NCBI GenBank assembly: GCA_022450705.1
Contig: JAKUPP010000003.1
Location: 1-49,829, forward strand
Source of the DNA: Alphaproteobacteria bacterium
Lineage (GTDB): Bacteria > Pseudomonadota > Alphaproteobacteria > GCA-002720895
Length of the DNA: 49,829 nucleotides
Reading direction: 5' to 3'
Shown here in pieces: positions 1 to 9,469 of this stretch. How positions within the stretch are numbered: position 1 is the stretch's first letter; every line of letters begins with the position of its first letter. A program made the translations under genes and the position numbers. Under the pieces are notes generated by a model. It saw only the letters and a program-made list of their open reading frames with translations. It ran no database searches and had not been told where the DNA came from.

Positions 1-479
1 GTATGTACCAAGAAGCTCAATATAATACTACTTCTAATGTAGGTGGTTCAGAAATTGAAGCTCACGGTGTCCATGTTGGAGGTACACTTGTTGGTGGACC
101 GGTAGCATTTACAGCTCACTATTACAGTGGTGAATGTTTAGGTATTACTCTTCAAATGGACTCAGGTGGTATGTCTAGTTATGGTAAATGTCGTGACCAT
201 GATGGTTATTATGTACAAGCTACATATAACTATGGCTCTGGTAAAGTTGGAGCTTCATGGGGCGGTTCTTACCAAGACAAAGCTGGAAATGACGGTGGTT
301 CATATGATGTTAAAGAAGAACAAGAAATGTGGACATTTGGAATTTACCACAACTTGGCTCCTGAATGGCTAGCTGTTGCTGAATATTCTCGCGCAGAAGA
401 AGATTGGTATGACAAAGAAGCAATCGATGAAAGAGGAGAAAGTGATATCTTCTCAGTAGGTATGTTTTACCTCTGGTAA
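1..479 (+). CDS. 3' part of an outer-membrane porin-like beta-barrel protein (5' end outside the window)
   Basis: The reading frame is open to the window edge. The protein is G/Y/S/T-rich with an alternating hydrophobic pattern and ends ...GMFYLW, a C-terminal aromatic typical of OM beta-barrels. An intrinsic terminator follows. Confidence 0.55.
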   Translation, partial: MYQEAQYNTTSNVGGSEIEAHGVHVGGTLVGGPVAFTAHYYSGECLGITLQMDSGGMSSYGKCRDHDGYYVQATYNYGSGKVGASWGGSYQDKAGNDGGSYDVKEEQEMWTFGIYHNLAPEWLAVAEYSRAEEDWYDKEAIDERGESDIFSVGMFYLW

Positions 480-522
480 GAGAATATTGCTTTTAAGCCT
501 CCAAAAGAGAATTTGAGAAAAA

Positions 523-555
523 GGTGGATCTCATAACGGGATCCGCCTTTTTTTT
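523..555 (+). terminator. Rho-independent terminator after the porin-like gene
   Basis: GGTGGATC(TC) at 523-532 pairs with (GG)GATCCGCC at 538-547, with one G-U pair and a 5-nt loop. A T8 run follows at 548-555. Confidence 0.8.
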
Positions 556-635
556 ATATACAAATAAACTCCTAAATAATATAATTTATTTGATTCCTTT
601 GTATTAGTAACTACTTTTAAAAATACAAAAAAATT

Positions 636-1658
636 ATGATGTGCAATTATTCCAAAAAAAAATATTTAAATTTAGCTTTATTTATAGTTCTTTTTATATT
701 TGTTTTTCCTCAAATTAATTCTGCAAAAATATCTGACAGAAGAGCTGTAAAAACCTATTGGTCTGAAGCGCCTATAATGCCTGGGGCTGCTAAATATTTT
801 GTAAGAACTGAAAAAATAGAAAAAAAAGCTAAGTCTTTAAATAATCATCCTATAAAATTAAATGAAAACACATTAAGAGTAATGCTTAAACAGTTATCCT
901 ATAAATATGATAGAGATGAGCCTGAAATCCCTTTGTTTTCAAAGAAAGAACTTATTTTATTATCTGAAAATGTCTCAAAAGCTTTAATGGAAGCCCAACC
1001 AAATGAAGATGTGACCTTTGTTATAAAAGGACCTCATAAAAGTACTAGATGGGGCTTTGCAGAAGATAGATTGACAGCCGGAAGAATATTTGTTTCTAAC
1101 AATCAACTAAATCTAATTTTTGGTGCTGTCCAAGTAAATTTACAGCCCACACTAGATGAAAGATATCAAGGAAACGTATGGGAAACAGCAAAACTAACTT
1201 ACGATATTGGCTATAGAAAAAAAAAGATTAAATATGAAGGATTAATTGTTGTTTATAATCAAAAGAAAAAAGGTATTTACAGAAAATCTACTGATAGAAA
1301 AGATTGGTTTGTTTTTACAAATGATGCTTATAAACAAGCAAGACAAGGGGAAAATCAAAAGAATTTGGGTAAAGAGCAATATAAAACATTACAACAGCAA
1401 ATAGATACTTTGCAAAAACAATTAAATAAGCAAGATCAACCGCAACAAAGAAAACAACAATACACCCCTCCTCCTCAACAAAGACAACAAATACAAAGAA
1501 AAAAAGAGCAGCCAGTTGTAACAAAAAAAAGAACAAATGCTAGTGATGCTAATGTATTAGAGCAACGCATTAAAACAATTGAACAATTATATAAAAAAGG
1601 AATTTTATCTGAAGAAGAGTATAAAAAAAAAAGAAACGAAATTTTAAAAGGACTTTAA
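636..1658 (+). CDS. secreted/membrane-anchored protein with a Q/P/K-rich linker and a C-terminal SHOCT-like domain
   Basis: The N-terminus is hydrophobic and signal-like (LALFIVLFIFVFPQINSA). A low-complexity QQRKQQYTPPPQQRQQ stretch follows. The C-terminus LEQRIKTIEQLYKKGILSEEEYKKKRNEILKGL matches the SHOCT pattern. Confidence 0.6.
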   Translation: MMCNYSKKKYLNLALFIVLFIFVFPQINSAKISDRRAVKTYWSEAPIMPGAAKYFVRTEKIEKKAKSLNNHPIKLNENTLRVMLKQLSYKYDRDEPEIPLFSKKELILLSENVSKALMEAQPNEDVTFVIKGPHKSTRWGFAEDRLTAGRIFVSNNQLNLIFGAVQVNLQPTLDERYQGNVWETAKLTYDIGYRKKKIKYEGLIVVYNQKKKGIYRKSTDRKDWFVFTNDAYKQARQGENQKNLGKEQYKTLQQQIDTLQKQLNKQDQPQQRKQQYTPPPQQRQQIQRKKEQPVVTKKRTNASDANVLEQRIKTIEQLYKKGILSEEEYKKKRNEILKGL

Positions 1659-1692
1659 TTTAAGAAATTTTTTTTCTTTTATTTATTTAGAT

Positions 1693-2649
1693 ATGTATCC
1701 TGCTATCAAACCTTTTAATTCATTTTTTTTAAAAACTAAAGATAATTTGCATTCCATCTATGTTGAAGAATGTGGTAACAAAAAAGGTATACCTATAGTA
1801 TATCTTCATGGAGGACCTGGTGGATCCATAGATCCAAAAAATAGGAGGTATTTTAATCCAAAAAAATATAGAATTATTTTATTTGATCAAAGAGGTTCTG
1901 GAAAAAGCAAGCCCAAGGGTTCGCTAATTAAAAATACAACGAGCGACTTAGTTAATGACATTGAACAAATCAGAAGTTTCTTAAAAATAAGAAAGTGGAT
2001 TATTGTTGGTGGATCTTGGGGTTCAACTTTAGCTCTTATATATGCAATAAAAAATAGTGGTAGAGTTTTAGGTATGGTTCTTAGGGGTGTTTTCCTTGGA
2101 ACTAAAGACGAGGCTTATTGGGCATTTCATCATGCTTCTAAGTATTTTTATCCTGAGATTATAGATTCAATTGAATCTAAACTTAAAGAAAAAAATAAAA
2201 AAATATTCTTAAAATTAGGAAAATTATTAGAAAGTAAAAAAATTAGTAATCAAGCTTTTTCATCAGTAATATGGGAAAAATATGAAAGAACTTTGTCTGT
2301 TTTAAATCCAGGAAAAATCAATTTAAATAAAATAATAAAAATTAAAAAAAGGAAAAAACTACCTAATAGCCCTTTTTTAGAATGGTATTATACAAAGAAT
2401 AATTTCTTTCTAAAAAAGAATGAGATCATATTGAATGTTAAAAAAATTAAAAAAAAACCAGTAATTATAGTTCAAGGTAGATATGATTTAATATGTCCTC
2501 CGAAGTCTGCTTTTCTATTAGCTAAAAATATGTCAAACTGTGAGCTAAATATAATTGAAAATAGCGGTCATTCTGCATCTGAACCGCTAATCAAAAGAAA
2601 TCTTTTAAAAGCTATTGATAAAATTTATTATAAAATTAAAAAAAAGTGA
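1693..2649 (+). CDS. pip: proline iminopeptidase (alpha/beta hydrolase, S33 family)
   Basis: HGGPGG motif, GGSWGS nucleophile elbow and C-terminal NSGHSA histidine region. The length is about 318 aa. Confidence 0.85.
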   Translation: MYPAIKPFNSFFLKTKDNLHSIYVEECGNKKGIPIVYLHGGPGGSIDPKNRRYFNPKKYRIILFDQRGSGKSKPKGSLIKNTTSDLVNDIEQIRSFLKIRKWIIVGGSWGSTLALIYAIKNSGRVLGMVLRGVFLGTKDEAYWAFHHASKYFYPEIIDSIESKLKEKNKKIFLKLGKLLESKKISNQAFSSVIWEKYERTLSVLNPGKINLNKIIKIKKRKKLPNSPFLEWYYTKNNFFLKKNEIILNVKKIKKKPVIIVQGRYDLICPPKSAFLLAKNMSNCELNIIENSGHSASEPLIKRNLLKAIDKIYYKIKKK

Positions 2650-2657
2650 TTAGTTAT

Positions 2658-3053
2658 TTATTTTATTCTTTCTAAAATCGAGCATCCAGCAATAGCGTCT
2701 CTACCACTGTCTAAATAACAAGTTTCAATCTTATTTTTTTTTATAATTGTTCCAATAACTTTTCCATCATCATTGCTACTATCAGCCCAGTAAAAATTTT
2801 TATAATCAGATTTGATAACTCCGACAAATTCTTCTGTTCCACCTTTATGAATAACATGGCCTTTAAAAACCCTATCTTTTTGATCTGTAATTTCTATGAT
2901 ATTCTTACCTTTTACAAAACCATTTTTTAAGGTTGATTTAATATTAACTCCCTCCCATTTGCCAACTAAATTTGGGATTCTTTTTCCATAAACATTGGTA
3001 GATGAAAGTAAAATAGTAAACAAAAAAATATGTAAATAAATTATTTTTTTCAT
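2658..3053 (-). CDS. small secreted protein of unknown function
   Basis: Signal peptide MKKIIYLHIFLFTILLSSTNVYG, followed by a beta-rich 110-aa domain. I recognise no family. Confidence 0.6.
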   Translation of the reverse strand: MKKIIYLHIFLFTILLSSTNVYGKRIPNLVGKWEGVNIKSTLKNGFVKGKNIIEITDQKDRVFKGHVIHKGGTEEFVGVIKSDYKNFYWADSSNDDGKVIGTIIKKNKIETCYLDSGRDAIAGCSILERIK

Positions 3054-3081
3054 AGTATGTAAATACCTTAATTATAATTAA

Positions 3082-4734
3082 ATGTTTAAAAGAATTCTAT
3101 TTAATTTTTTATTTATTTTTACTCTTTGTTGTTTAACAGGGTGTGAAGAGTTTTATAGTTTTGAAGCAAAAAAACTTAATAAAAAAGTTCAGGAACTTAT
3201 TGAGGAATCAAAAACAATTAGTGATACAGATAAAAAAATTATACTTTTGTCAAATGCTTTAAATAAGCTTGAAAAAATTCAAAAAAGATACCCGAAAACT
3301 AAGGTTGCAAGACTACATAGAAAAGAAAAAAAAATTAATAATCTTAATTTAAATATTGATGAACTTAAAAAAATATCATCAAATGAAAAAATTGAGAGAG
3401 AAAAAAATGCTAATCTTGATGAAATAAAAAAAAATATCGAATTAGCTGATGCGGAATTTAGAAATGGTAATACATTGAAAAGTTCTTTAAAATTACTTAA
3501 TGCAGCCGAATTATCTATTGATCAAATTGGTGATACAAGAACAAAATCTAGAATATCGAATGAAATTAGTAAATTAAGAATATCCTTGAATGATAAAGAA
3601 AAAGCATTTGAAAATTTATTGATGTCTGAAAAATATATTGATGAAATGTATACTGATCTTCCAAAAAAAATTAAAAATTTAACAAAAGTTTATAAAATGT
3701 ACCATGAATTAAATAAAGAAGATAAAAAGAAAGAAATAGAAAAAAAAATATATTTAATAATAAATACTGAAATATCAAATAATGATAATAAAGCAGTTGC
3801 GTTTACAGAAGTTGCAAAGATTAATTTAGAAATAAAAAATTCTTCTAAAGTAAAAGAAGATCTAATAAAAGCATCAAAACTTTCAGAAAAATCAAATACT
3901 TATTTAGATATAGCAAAAATATTATATGAAGCTAATGATATTAAAGAGCTCAATGAGATGTTAAAAAAAGCAAAGATTGCAGCAAAATCAAAAGATCAAG
4001 AATTTTGGATTATTAGAGAGTTAATAAATATAAGTTTATTTGAGGACTTAATTAATAAAAAAGAAGATAGTTACAAAACTTTATTGGATGCAAAAAATAA
4101 TATTCCAAACATTCCTGATGAAAGATTAGTTTTAGAACTTGTTGATGCTTTTGCAAAAATTAACAAAATTGAAGAGGCTGAAAAATTAATTAAATTAATT
4201 AAACCAAAGTATGAACAATCGATGGCGTATGCATTTATTGGTAAACAACTTGCAATTCAAGGAAAAAAAAAAGAAATGAAATTCTTCTCAGATAAAGCTT
4301 TAAAAGTAGCTCCTGATTCAGTTGTAGGAAATTATGAATTTCAAGGACTTCCTGGCTTTTCTGCTAAAGGTAGAGTTTTTGCTGAAGTTGCTGAATCATA
4401 TGCTTTAATAGGTAATTTTAAAATTGCATATGAGTTGTTAGGTTCCATTGAAAGCGATAGATTTTATAAAGAAGGAGTTTCAGGAGTTTTAATTATACAA
4501 GCAAAAAATGATAAACTAGGAGCAAGAAACCTAGCGTCAAAAATGCTAAAGCTTGGTGGTAAAATTATAGACAATAAATTAATAGGTAAAATAGCATATG
4601 CTCAAGCAATCAGTGGTGACATAGAGAATTCATTATTAACTACAAAAAAAATGGATATAGGATTTGATTTTTCTCAAGTGTTAATAAATATTGCTAGCCA
4701 AATTAGTCTTCAACAAGCAAATCCTTTAACTTAG
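3082..4734 (+). CDS. large lipoprotein, helical-repeat (TPR-like) architecture, unknown function
   Basis: Lipobox LTGC after a hydrophobic leader. The 550-aa protein is K/E/L-rich and helical with repeated A/L/Y patterns. Confidence 0.6.
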   Translation: MFKRILFNFLFIFTLCCLTGCEEFYSFEAKKLNKKVQELIEESKTISDTDKKIILLSNALNKLEKIQKRYPKTKVARLHRKEKKINNLNLNIDELKKISSNEKIEREKNANLDEIKKNIELADAEFRNGNTLKSSLKLLNAAELSIDQIGDTRTKSRISNEISKLRISLNDKEKAFENLLMSEKYIDEMYTDLPKKIKNLTKVYKMYHELNKEDKKKEIEKKIYLIINTEISNNDNKAVAFTEVAKINLEIKNSSKVKEDLIKASKLSEKSNTYLDIAKILYEANDIKELNEMLKKAKIAAKSKDQEFWIIRELINISLFEDLINKKEDSYKTLLDAKNNIPNIPDERLVLELVDAFAKINKIEEAEKLIKLIKPKYEQSMAYAFIGKQLAIQGKKKEMKFFSDKALKVAPDSVVGNYEFQGLPGFSAKGRVFAEVAESYALIGNFKIAYELLGSIESDRFYKEGVSGVLIIQAKNDKLGARNLASKMLKLGGKIIDNKLIGKIAYAQAISGDIENSLLTTKKMDIGFDFSQVLINIASQISLQQANPLT

Positions 4735-5710
4735 TATCAGCTACATTGTATTTAGTTGAGGAAAGTTTATAAGTCCAGTTTTTAATATTATCAACAAAAA
4801 TATCTTTATTTTTTTCAAGTTTTAAAGCTGATTGATCATCTATACTAATATTAATCCATTTATTTTTATCTTTTTTAAAAATAGTCGAATAAATATTAGA
4901 ACCGTTAAATAATTCAAAATTTATTTTTGTAATAACTTCTTTATCAATTATATTTTTGCGTTCAAAAACATCTTCAAAAATTAAATTAGTAAAAAAATAA
5001 CCTAAAAAATTTGCAATTAAGTCACTTTTTGGCAATTGTTCTTTAGTTAAACCATCAATTAGTAAGTTTTCATTTTTATCATCTTTAGTTAAAGAAAAAG
5101 ATTCATTTTTATTTGAGTGGTTAATTGTAATTTTTTTTACATTTTCATAATTTATATCTAAAATTTTTGTTTCTAACCAATCTTGTTCTACAGATGACAT
5201 CTCCAATCCTCCAGAGGTTAACCATGTTGTTTTATCATTTATTTTTTTTATATAAACCCCGTTTTTTTTCTTTTTTCCAAGAACAAACTCGATTATTTTT
5301 TCACTACTATCATCAAATATTGTTATGAGTTTAGAATCTCCGTCATCATTTTTTGGATAATCAAGATCTAATCGTGAATATAACGATTCCTGTTCCGTTT
5401 TTTTTTCAAAAAATCGTAATTCTGTGATCTGAATTAAATTTTTTCTTACTGTTTCGTTCTTTGCTTTATAGCTAGATTTTGATGACATGTACCAATTGTT
5501 ATCTTCATTTTTAAGAATTGTTATTTTTTTTTTACTATTATCAATATTTATTTCTTTAATATTATTTAATTGTTTCTGTGTCTCCTTAAAAATTAATTCT
5601 CCTTTTTTTATAAATGTTTCATACCTCGGTTGAATTAAATATGAAATAAATGCTAAAGCAAATAAGGTGACAGTTGTAAGAATTAAATATGTAAAGTTTC
5701 TATTTGACAT
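4703..5710 (-). CDS. DUF4340-like membrane-anchored protein, last gene of the GldG-type ABC operon
   Basis: N-terminal TM (LILTTVTLFALAFISYL). It starts 5 nt after the GldG-like gene, the usual partner position of DUF4340 proteins. The family call is from context and architecture only. Confidence 0.55.
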   Translation of the reverse strand: MSNRNFTYLILTTVTLFALAFISYLIQPRYETFIKKGELIFKETQKQLNNIKEINIDNSKKKITILKNEDNNWYMSSKSSYKAKNETVRKNLIQITELRFFEKKTEQESLYSRLDLDYPKNDDGDSKLITIFDDSSEKIIEFVLGKKKKNGVYIKKINDKTTWLTSGGLEMSSVEQDWLETKILDINYENVKKITINHSNKNESFSLTKDDKNENLLIDGLTKEQLPKSDLIANFLGYFFTNLIFEDVFERKNIIDKEVITKINFELFNGSNIYSTIFKKDKNKWINISIDDQSALKLEKNKDIFVDNIKNWTYKLSSTKYNVADTKLKDLLVED

Positions 5711-5715
5711 TTTTT

Positions 5716-7635
5716 TTAATCTGTTTCTCTTACAATATGTTTTTGATGTCTTTTTCTTCTTTCAATAAAACCTAAGACTAAAGAAATAATAATTAATAAT
5801 ATTGGTACAAAAAAAATGTTAAAAAATTTTAGCGTACTATCGAGTTTTTCTATATCTTTTCTTAATGCATTTTGTACTTTTCTAAGTTCTGATCTAACTA
5901 AAATCATTTCTTCTCTAAATTTATCAATTTCCAAAGCTTCTTTTTCTGTCAAAAGAGTCTTTTCTTTTTCTTCTCCTGATCCTTTTTGTATATCTTCTAA
6001 TTCATTTTCATAATTTCTTAATTTCTCAAGAAGTTCTTGTTCTTTTGCTCTAAATCTTTGTTCAGCTTCTTTTTGTATTTTCTCAACTTTTGTAAATGGC
6101 GTTGAAGTTGCGCCTTTTCCTCTTAATCCTATTAAATCCTCTGTCCCATTTAAATATTCAAGTATATTAACTGTAAAATCAGCGTTATTCGCAATAGGAG
6201 TAACTCCTCCTGATTGTTCATATTTAAGCCAAAATTCATCGTATAACATATCTGCATCTGCAACTACAACTAATGTAGATGGTTTAATAGACTCGTTAAT
6301 ATGTTCATTTTTATCAAAATCATCTTTTCTACCTGTGTCAGGAGGACCGTCTGGAAAATTTGAAATAAAATTTCCCTTTATTTCAGCAGCCAAAGTTAGC
6401 TCTTCATTTGATGGGGAAAAATTTCTTAACAAAGTAGTTGGATCTGGTGTAAATCTAACATCATCTGCATTAATTTGCATTGATTGAGTTGTGCTCCAAA
6501 CTAATCTTCTGAAGTTAATATTCTCATTATTTCCATTGTTCTTAAGGAAGCCACTTGTAGCAAAAGTTAATCTTTGAACTTCAGAAGTTACTTGATGAGT
6601 ATCGTCCATGTGATCCTTTTTAATATCTAACCAAGCAAGATAATCTGTAACAGATGGTTGATCAGAAGCACCTATCTCAACTCTTCTAGCAGAAAGCAAA
6701 TCTCCAACAACTTTATTTTCTACTAATTCTATACCCCATTTATTCAAAAGTTGGCTCAAATTAGATTCATTGCTACCTTCTTCTATTTGATTTTTATCAG
6801 GAGAAAAACTTTCTGTTTCTGAATTAGGATCAATGAAAATAAGAAGTTTTCCTCCTCTTAATACAAATTGATCAATTGTATACATTAATCTTTCTGAAAT
6901 ACTTTTTGGATGAACTAACATTAATAAGTTAAGTCCCTCAGGTAAAGATTTTGTTTTTTCATGAACTCTCTTAATTTCAAAAAATTCCTTCATTTGATTA
7001 TAAACAGCCCAAGGAGGTGCTGTCGCTGCATCTTGAGTTTTTGCTAAAGGATTAAAAGTACCTAGCATAGGTAAATCAGTATACAAGCCAACTGTTCTTC
7101 TGTTTGGATTTGCTAGATTTGTAACTATTTTACTTAAATCATATTCTAAAAAAGGACTTCGGTCAGGTTGAAAAAAAATGATTTTTTCTTCATCATCAGT
7201 GCTGTTAGTTGCTATTAATCCAAAGTATCCGTAAACACCCGACATTATTTCTGCGCCTTGCAAGCCATATTCAACAGCCTTATCTTCTTCATTTGAGAAA
7301 GGTTTTGGATTAAAAATTTTTAATTTAATCTTGTTATTAGATAATAATACGTACTGTTCTAATACTTCTTGTACTCTCGCATAATAATTTTGGTAAACAG
7401 GATTAATATCTCCAATCTGTTTTGTATAAAATAATTTAAAATCTAGTGGTTCATTAATAGATTTTAAAATTTTTTTTGTTCCATCAGATAGCGTGTATAC
7501 TTCGGAATTTGTTAAATCAAACCTTAAGTTCTTAAAAAAATTCTTATTTAAAACATTAAATGAAATAAAAGAAATAATTGCTAATAAGACAATGAAAGAA
7601 AACTTTTGTTCTTTATTTATAATTTTTTTTAACAT
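5716..7635 (-). CDS. GldG-like auxiliary component of an ABC-type transport system
   Basis: The 639-aa protein has an N-terminal TM, a large periplasmic domain, a C-terminal coiled coil (EQELLEKLRNYENELEDIQ) and a terminal TM. It lies immediately downstream of an ABC-2 permease and ATPase. Confidence 0.7.
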   Translation of the reverse strand: MLKKIINKEQKFSFIVLLAIISFISFNVLNKNFFKNLRFDLTNSEVYTLSDGTKKILKSINEPLDFKLFYTKQIGDINPVYQNYYARVQEVLEQYVLLSNNKIKLKIFNPKPFSNEEDKAVEYGLQGAEIMSGVYGYFGLIATNSTDDEEKIIFFQPDRSPFLEYDLSKIVTNLANPNRRTVGLYTDLPMLGTFNPLAKTQDAATAPPWAVYNQMKEFFEIKRVHEKTKSLPEGLNLLMLVHPKSISERLMYTIDQFVLRGGKLLIFIDPNSETESFSPDKNQIEEGSNESNLSQLLNKWGIELVENKVVGDLLSARRVEIGASDQPSVTDYLAWLDIKKDHMDDTHQVTSEVQRLTFATSGFLKNNGNNENINFRRLVWSTTQSMQINADDVRFTPDPTTLLRNFSPSNEELTLAAEIKGNFISNFPDGPPDTGRKDDFDKNEHINESIKPSTLVVVADADMLYDEFWLKYEQSGGVTPIANNADFTVNILEYLNGTEDLIGLRGKGATSTPFTKVEKIQKEAEQRFRAKEQELLEKLRNYENELEDIQKGSGEEKEKTLLTEKEALEIDKFREEMILVRSELRKVQNALRKDIEKLDSTLKFFNIFFVPILLIIISLVLGFIERRKRHQKHIVRETD

Positions 7636-7641
7636 TACAAT

Positions 7642-8376
7642 TTAATTAAATTTTTTAAACTCAACTACAACAACATTCAAAAAAAGCCAAAATACAATAA
7701 CGCTTAAATAAAAAAGAAAATCTCTTATTTCTATAACTCCTTTAGTAATAGACTCAAAATGTACTAAAAAACTCATCGAAGAAATTGTATTTACTAAAAA
7801 TTCAGGAGCCCATACTTTAAAAAAATTTAATACTATATCTACGCCACTCATGGTAAAAATAAAACAAACCGTTGCTGCTATTACAAACGCTATAACTTGA
7901 TTTTTAGTAATAGCGGAAATACAAGATCCAATAGATAGATAAGCTCCTGACATAAATAAACTACCCACATATCCTGCTAAAATAACTCCATTGTCTGGTT
8001 GTCCTAAATAATTTACTGTTATCCAAATTGGAAATGTTAAAACTAAAGCAATAAATATAAAGATCCAAGCTGCAAAAAACTTTCCAATTACTGCCTGTGT
8101 AGTTGTTAGAGGAAGCGTCATTAACAACTCTATTGTACCTGTCTTTCGTTCCTCAGCCCATAATCGCATAGTAACTGCGGGTATTAACAAAATATAGACC
8201 CAAGGATGGAAAGCAAAAAAAGCATTCAAATCTGCTTGTCCTCTGGCAAAGAAATTTCCTAAATAGAAGGTAAAAGAACCAATGAGTGTTAAAAAAATTA
8301 CTATAAAAACATATGCTAGAGGTGTAGAAAAATAACTAGCTAATTCTCTTTTTACTATATTTAAAAGGACAGTCAT
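7642..8376 (-). CDS. ABC-2 type permease (GldF-like)
   Basis: 244 aa with about 6 predicted TM helices. It lies 9 nt downstream of the ABC ATPase. Confidence 0.8.
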   Translation of the reverse strand: MTVLLNIVKRELASYFSTPLAYVFIVIFLTLIGSFTFYLGNFFARGQADLNAFFAFHPWVYILLIPAVTMRLWAEERKTGTIELLMTLPLTTTQAVIGKFFAAWIFIFIALVLTFPIWITVNYLGQPDNGVILAGYVGSLFMSGAYLSIGSCISAITKNQVIAFVIAATVCFIFTMSGVDIVLNFFKVWAPEFLVNTISSMSFLVHFESITKGVIEIRDFLFYLSVIVFWLFLNVVVVEFKKFN

Positions 8377-8385
8377 AAGTTATAA

Positions 8386-9102
8386 TTATTTACTTAATGT
8401 AATTTCTCTAAAAATGTTATCTAAGTTCTTGTTTTTATATATTTTTTTTAACTCACTAGGTTTTTTATCAATAATTTTTTTTCCTTTAGCTATAATACAA
8501 GCGCGAGAGCATACAGCATCAACTTCCTCTAATATATGTGTCGAAATTATTATTGCTTTTTCTTTACCCATTTCATTTATCAAGTTTCTTACATGATGTT
8601 TTTGGTTAGGGTCAAGTCCATCTGTTGGTTCGTCTAAAACTAAAATTTCCGGATTATGAATTAAGGCTTGCGCTAAACCAACTCTTCTTTTGTATCCTTT
8701 AGATAAAGTGTCAATTGGTTGATTAACTACATCTGTTATTTGTGTTTTAACAACAACGCTATCTAGTGCTTTTTTAAATTCTTTTGAACTCATCCCTCTT
8801 ATATGCGCAACAAATTTTAACATATTTATTGGCGTCATATCTCCATATAAAGGCGCTCCTTCGGGAAGATACCCTATTAATTTTTTACACTCTATTGGAT
8901 TAGTTTCAACATTCATTCCTTTAACTTCTATAAATCCTTCTGTAGGTTTTATAAAACCAGTAATCATTTTCATAGTAGTTGATTTTCCTGCTCCATTAGG
9001 ACCAAGAAATCCAAGAACTTCCCCTTTTTTAACACTCATTGTAAGATTGTTAACGGCTACAAATTCATCAAACTTTTTTGTTATATTAGTAATAGAAATC
9101 AT
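8386..9102 (-). CDS. ABC transporter ATP-binding protein (GldA-like)
   Basis: Walker A GPNGAGKST, signature LSKGYKRR, Walker B ILVLDEPTDGLD and H-loop STHIL. Confidence 0.92.
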   Translation of the reverse strand: MISITNITKKFDEFVAVNNLTMSVKKGEVLGFLGPNGAGKSTTMKMITGFIKPTEGFIEVKGMNVETNPIECKKLIGYLPEGAPLYGDMTPINMLKFVAHIRGMSSKEFKKALDSVVVKTQITDVVNQPIDTLSKGYKRRVGLAQALIHNPEILVLDEPTDGLDPNQKHHVRNLINEMGKEKAIIISTHILEEVDAVCSRACIIAKGKKIIDKKPSELKKIYKNKNLDNIFREITLSK

Positions 9103-9116
9103 TTTTTTGTATTCAC

Positions 9117-9467
9117 TTAATAAGCCATAGATGGAACTTTAATTTTTTTTATTTTAACAATTCTTTTTTTATAAACTTTTTTCGTTTTTTTTGTATCTAA
9201 TTTTTCTTTATTATTTATTATTAATTTTTCTTTAAAAACTTCCTGACAAATCTGTTTTAATTTTAATGTTCTAGCTAAAGAGCAATCTTTTTTAAACATA
9301 TAAGAAAGAGCGTGGTCAGTAGTAGTTTTATCTGTAGTAACATAAGAAAGAAAATCAGCGCTATTTTTTGAATAATTTAAACTATCAATGATGCTTTGTA
9401 AAGAAATTGAACAACTATTTAAAAATAAAAAAGATAATAAAATAAATATTTTAAAGCTTAATTTCAT
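9117..9467 (-). CDS. small lipoprotein, unknown function
   Basis: Lipobox FLNSC after a hydrophobic leader, with a K-rich tail. It lies 14 nt upstream of the ABC ATPase. Confidence 0.55.
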   Translation of the reverse strand: MKLSFKIFILLSFLFLNSCSISLQSIIDSLNYSKNSADFLSYVTTDKTTTDHALSYMFKKDCSLARTLKLKQICQEVFKEKLIINNKEKLDTKKTKKVYKKRIVKIKKIKVPSMAY

Positions 9468-9469
9468 TA

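Noticed and set aside
1315-1536. 73-aa minus-strand ORF inside the SHOCT-protein gene, and similar F/L-rich antisense ORFs (e.g. 37268-37644, 35116-35298, 32704-32975)
   Set aside because: These are reverse complements of K/E/Q-rich coding sequence. A poly-Phe/Leu/Ile composition is the expected artefact of AAA/GAA-rich genes.
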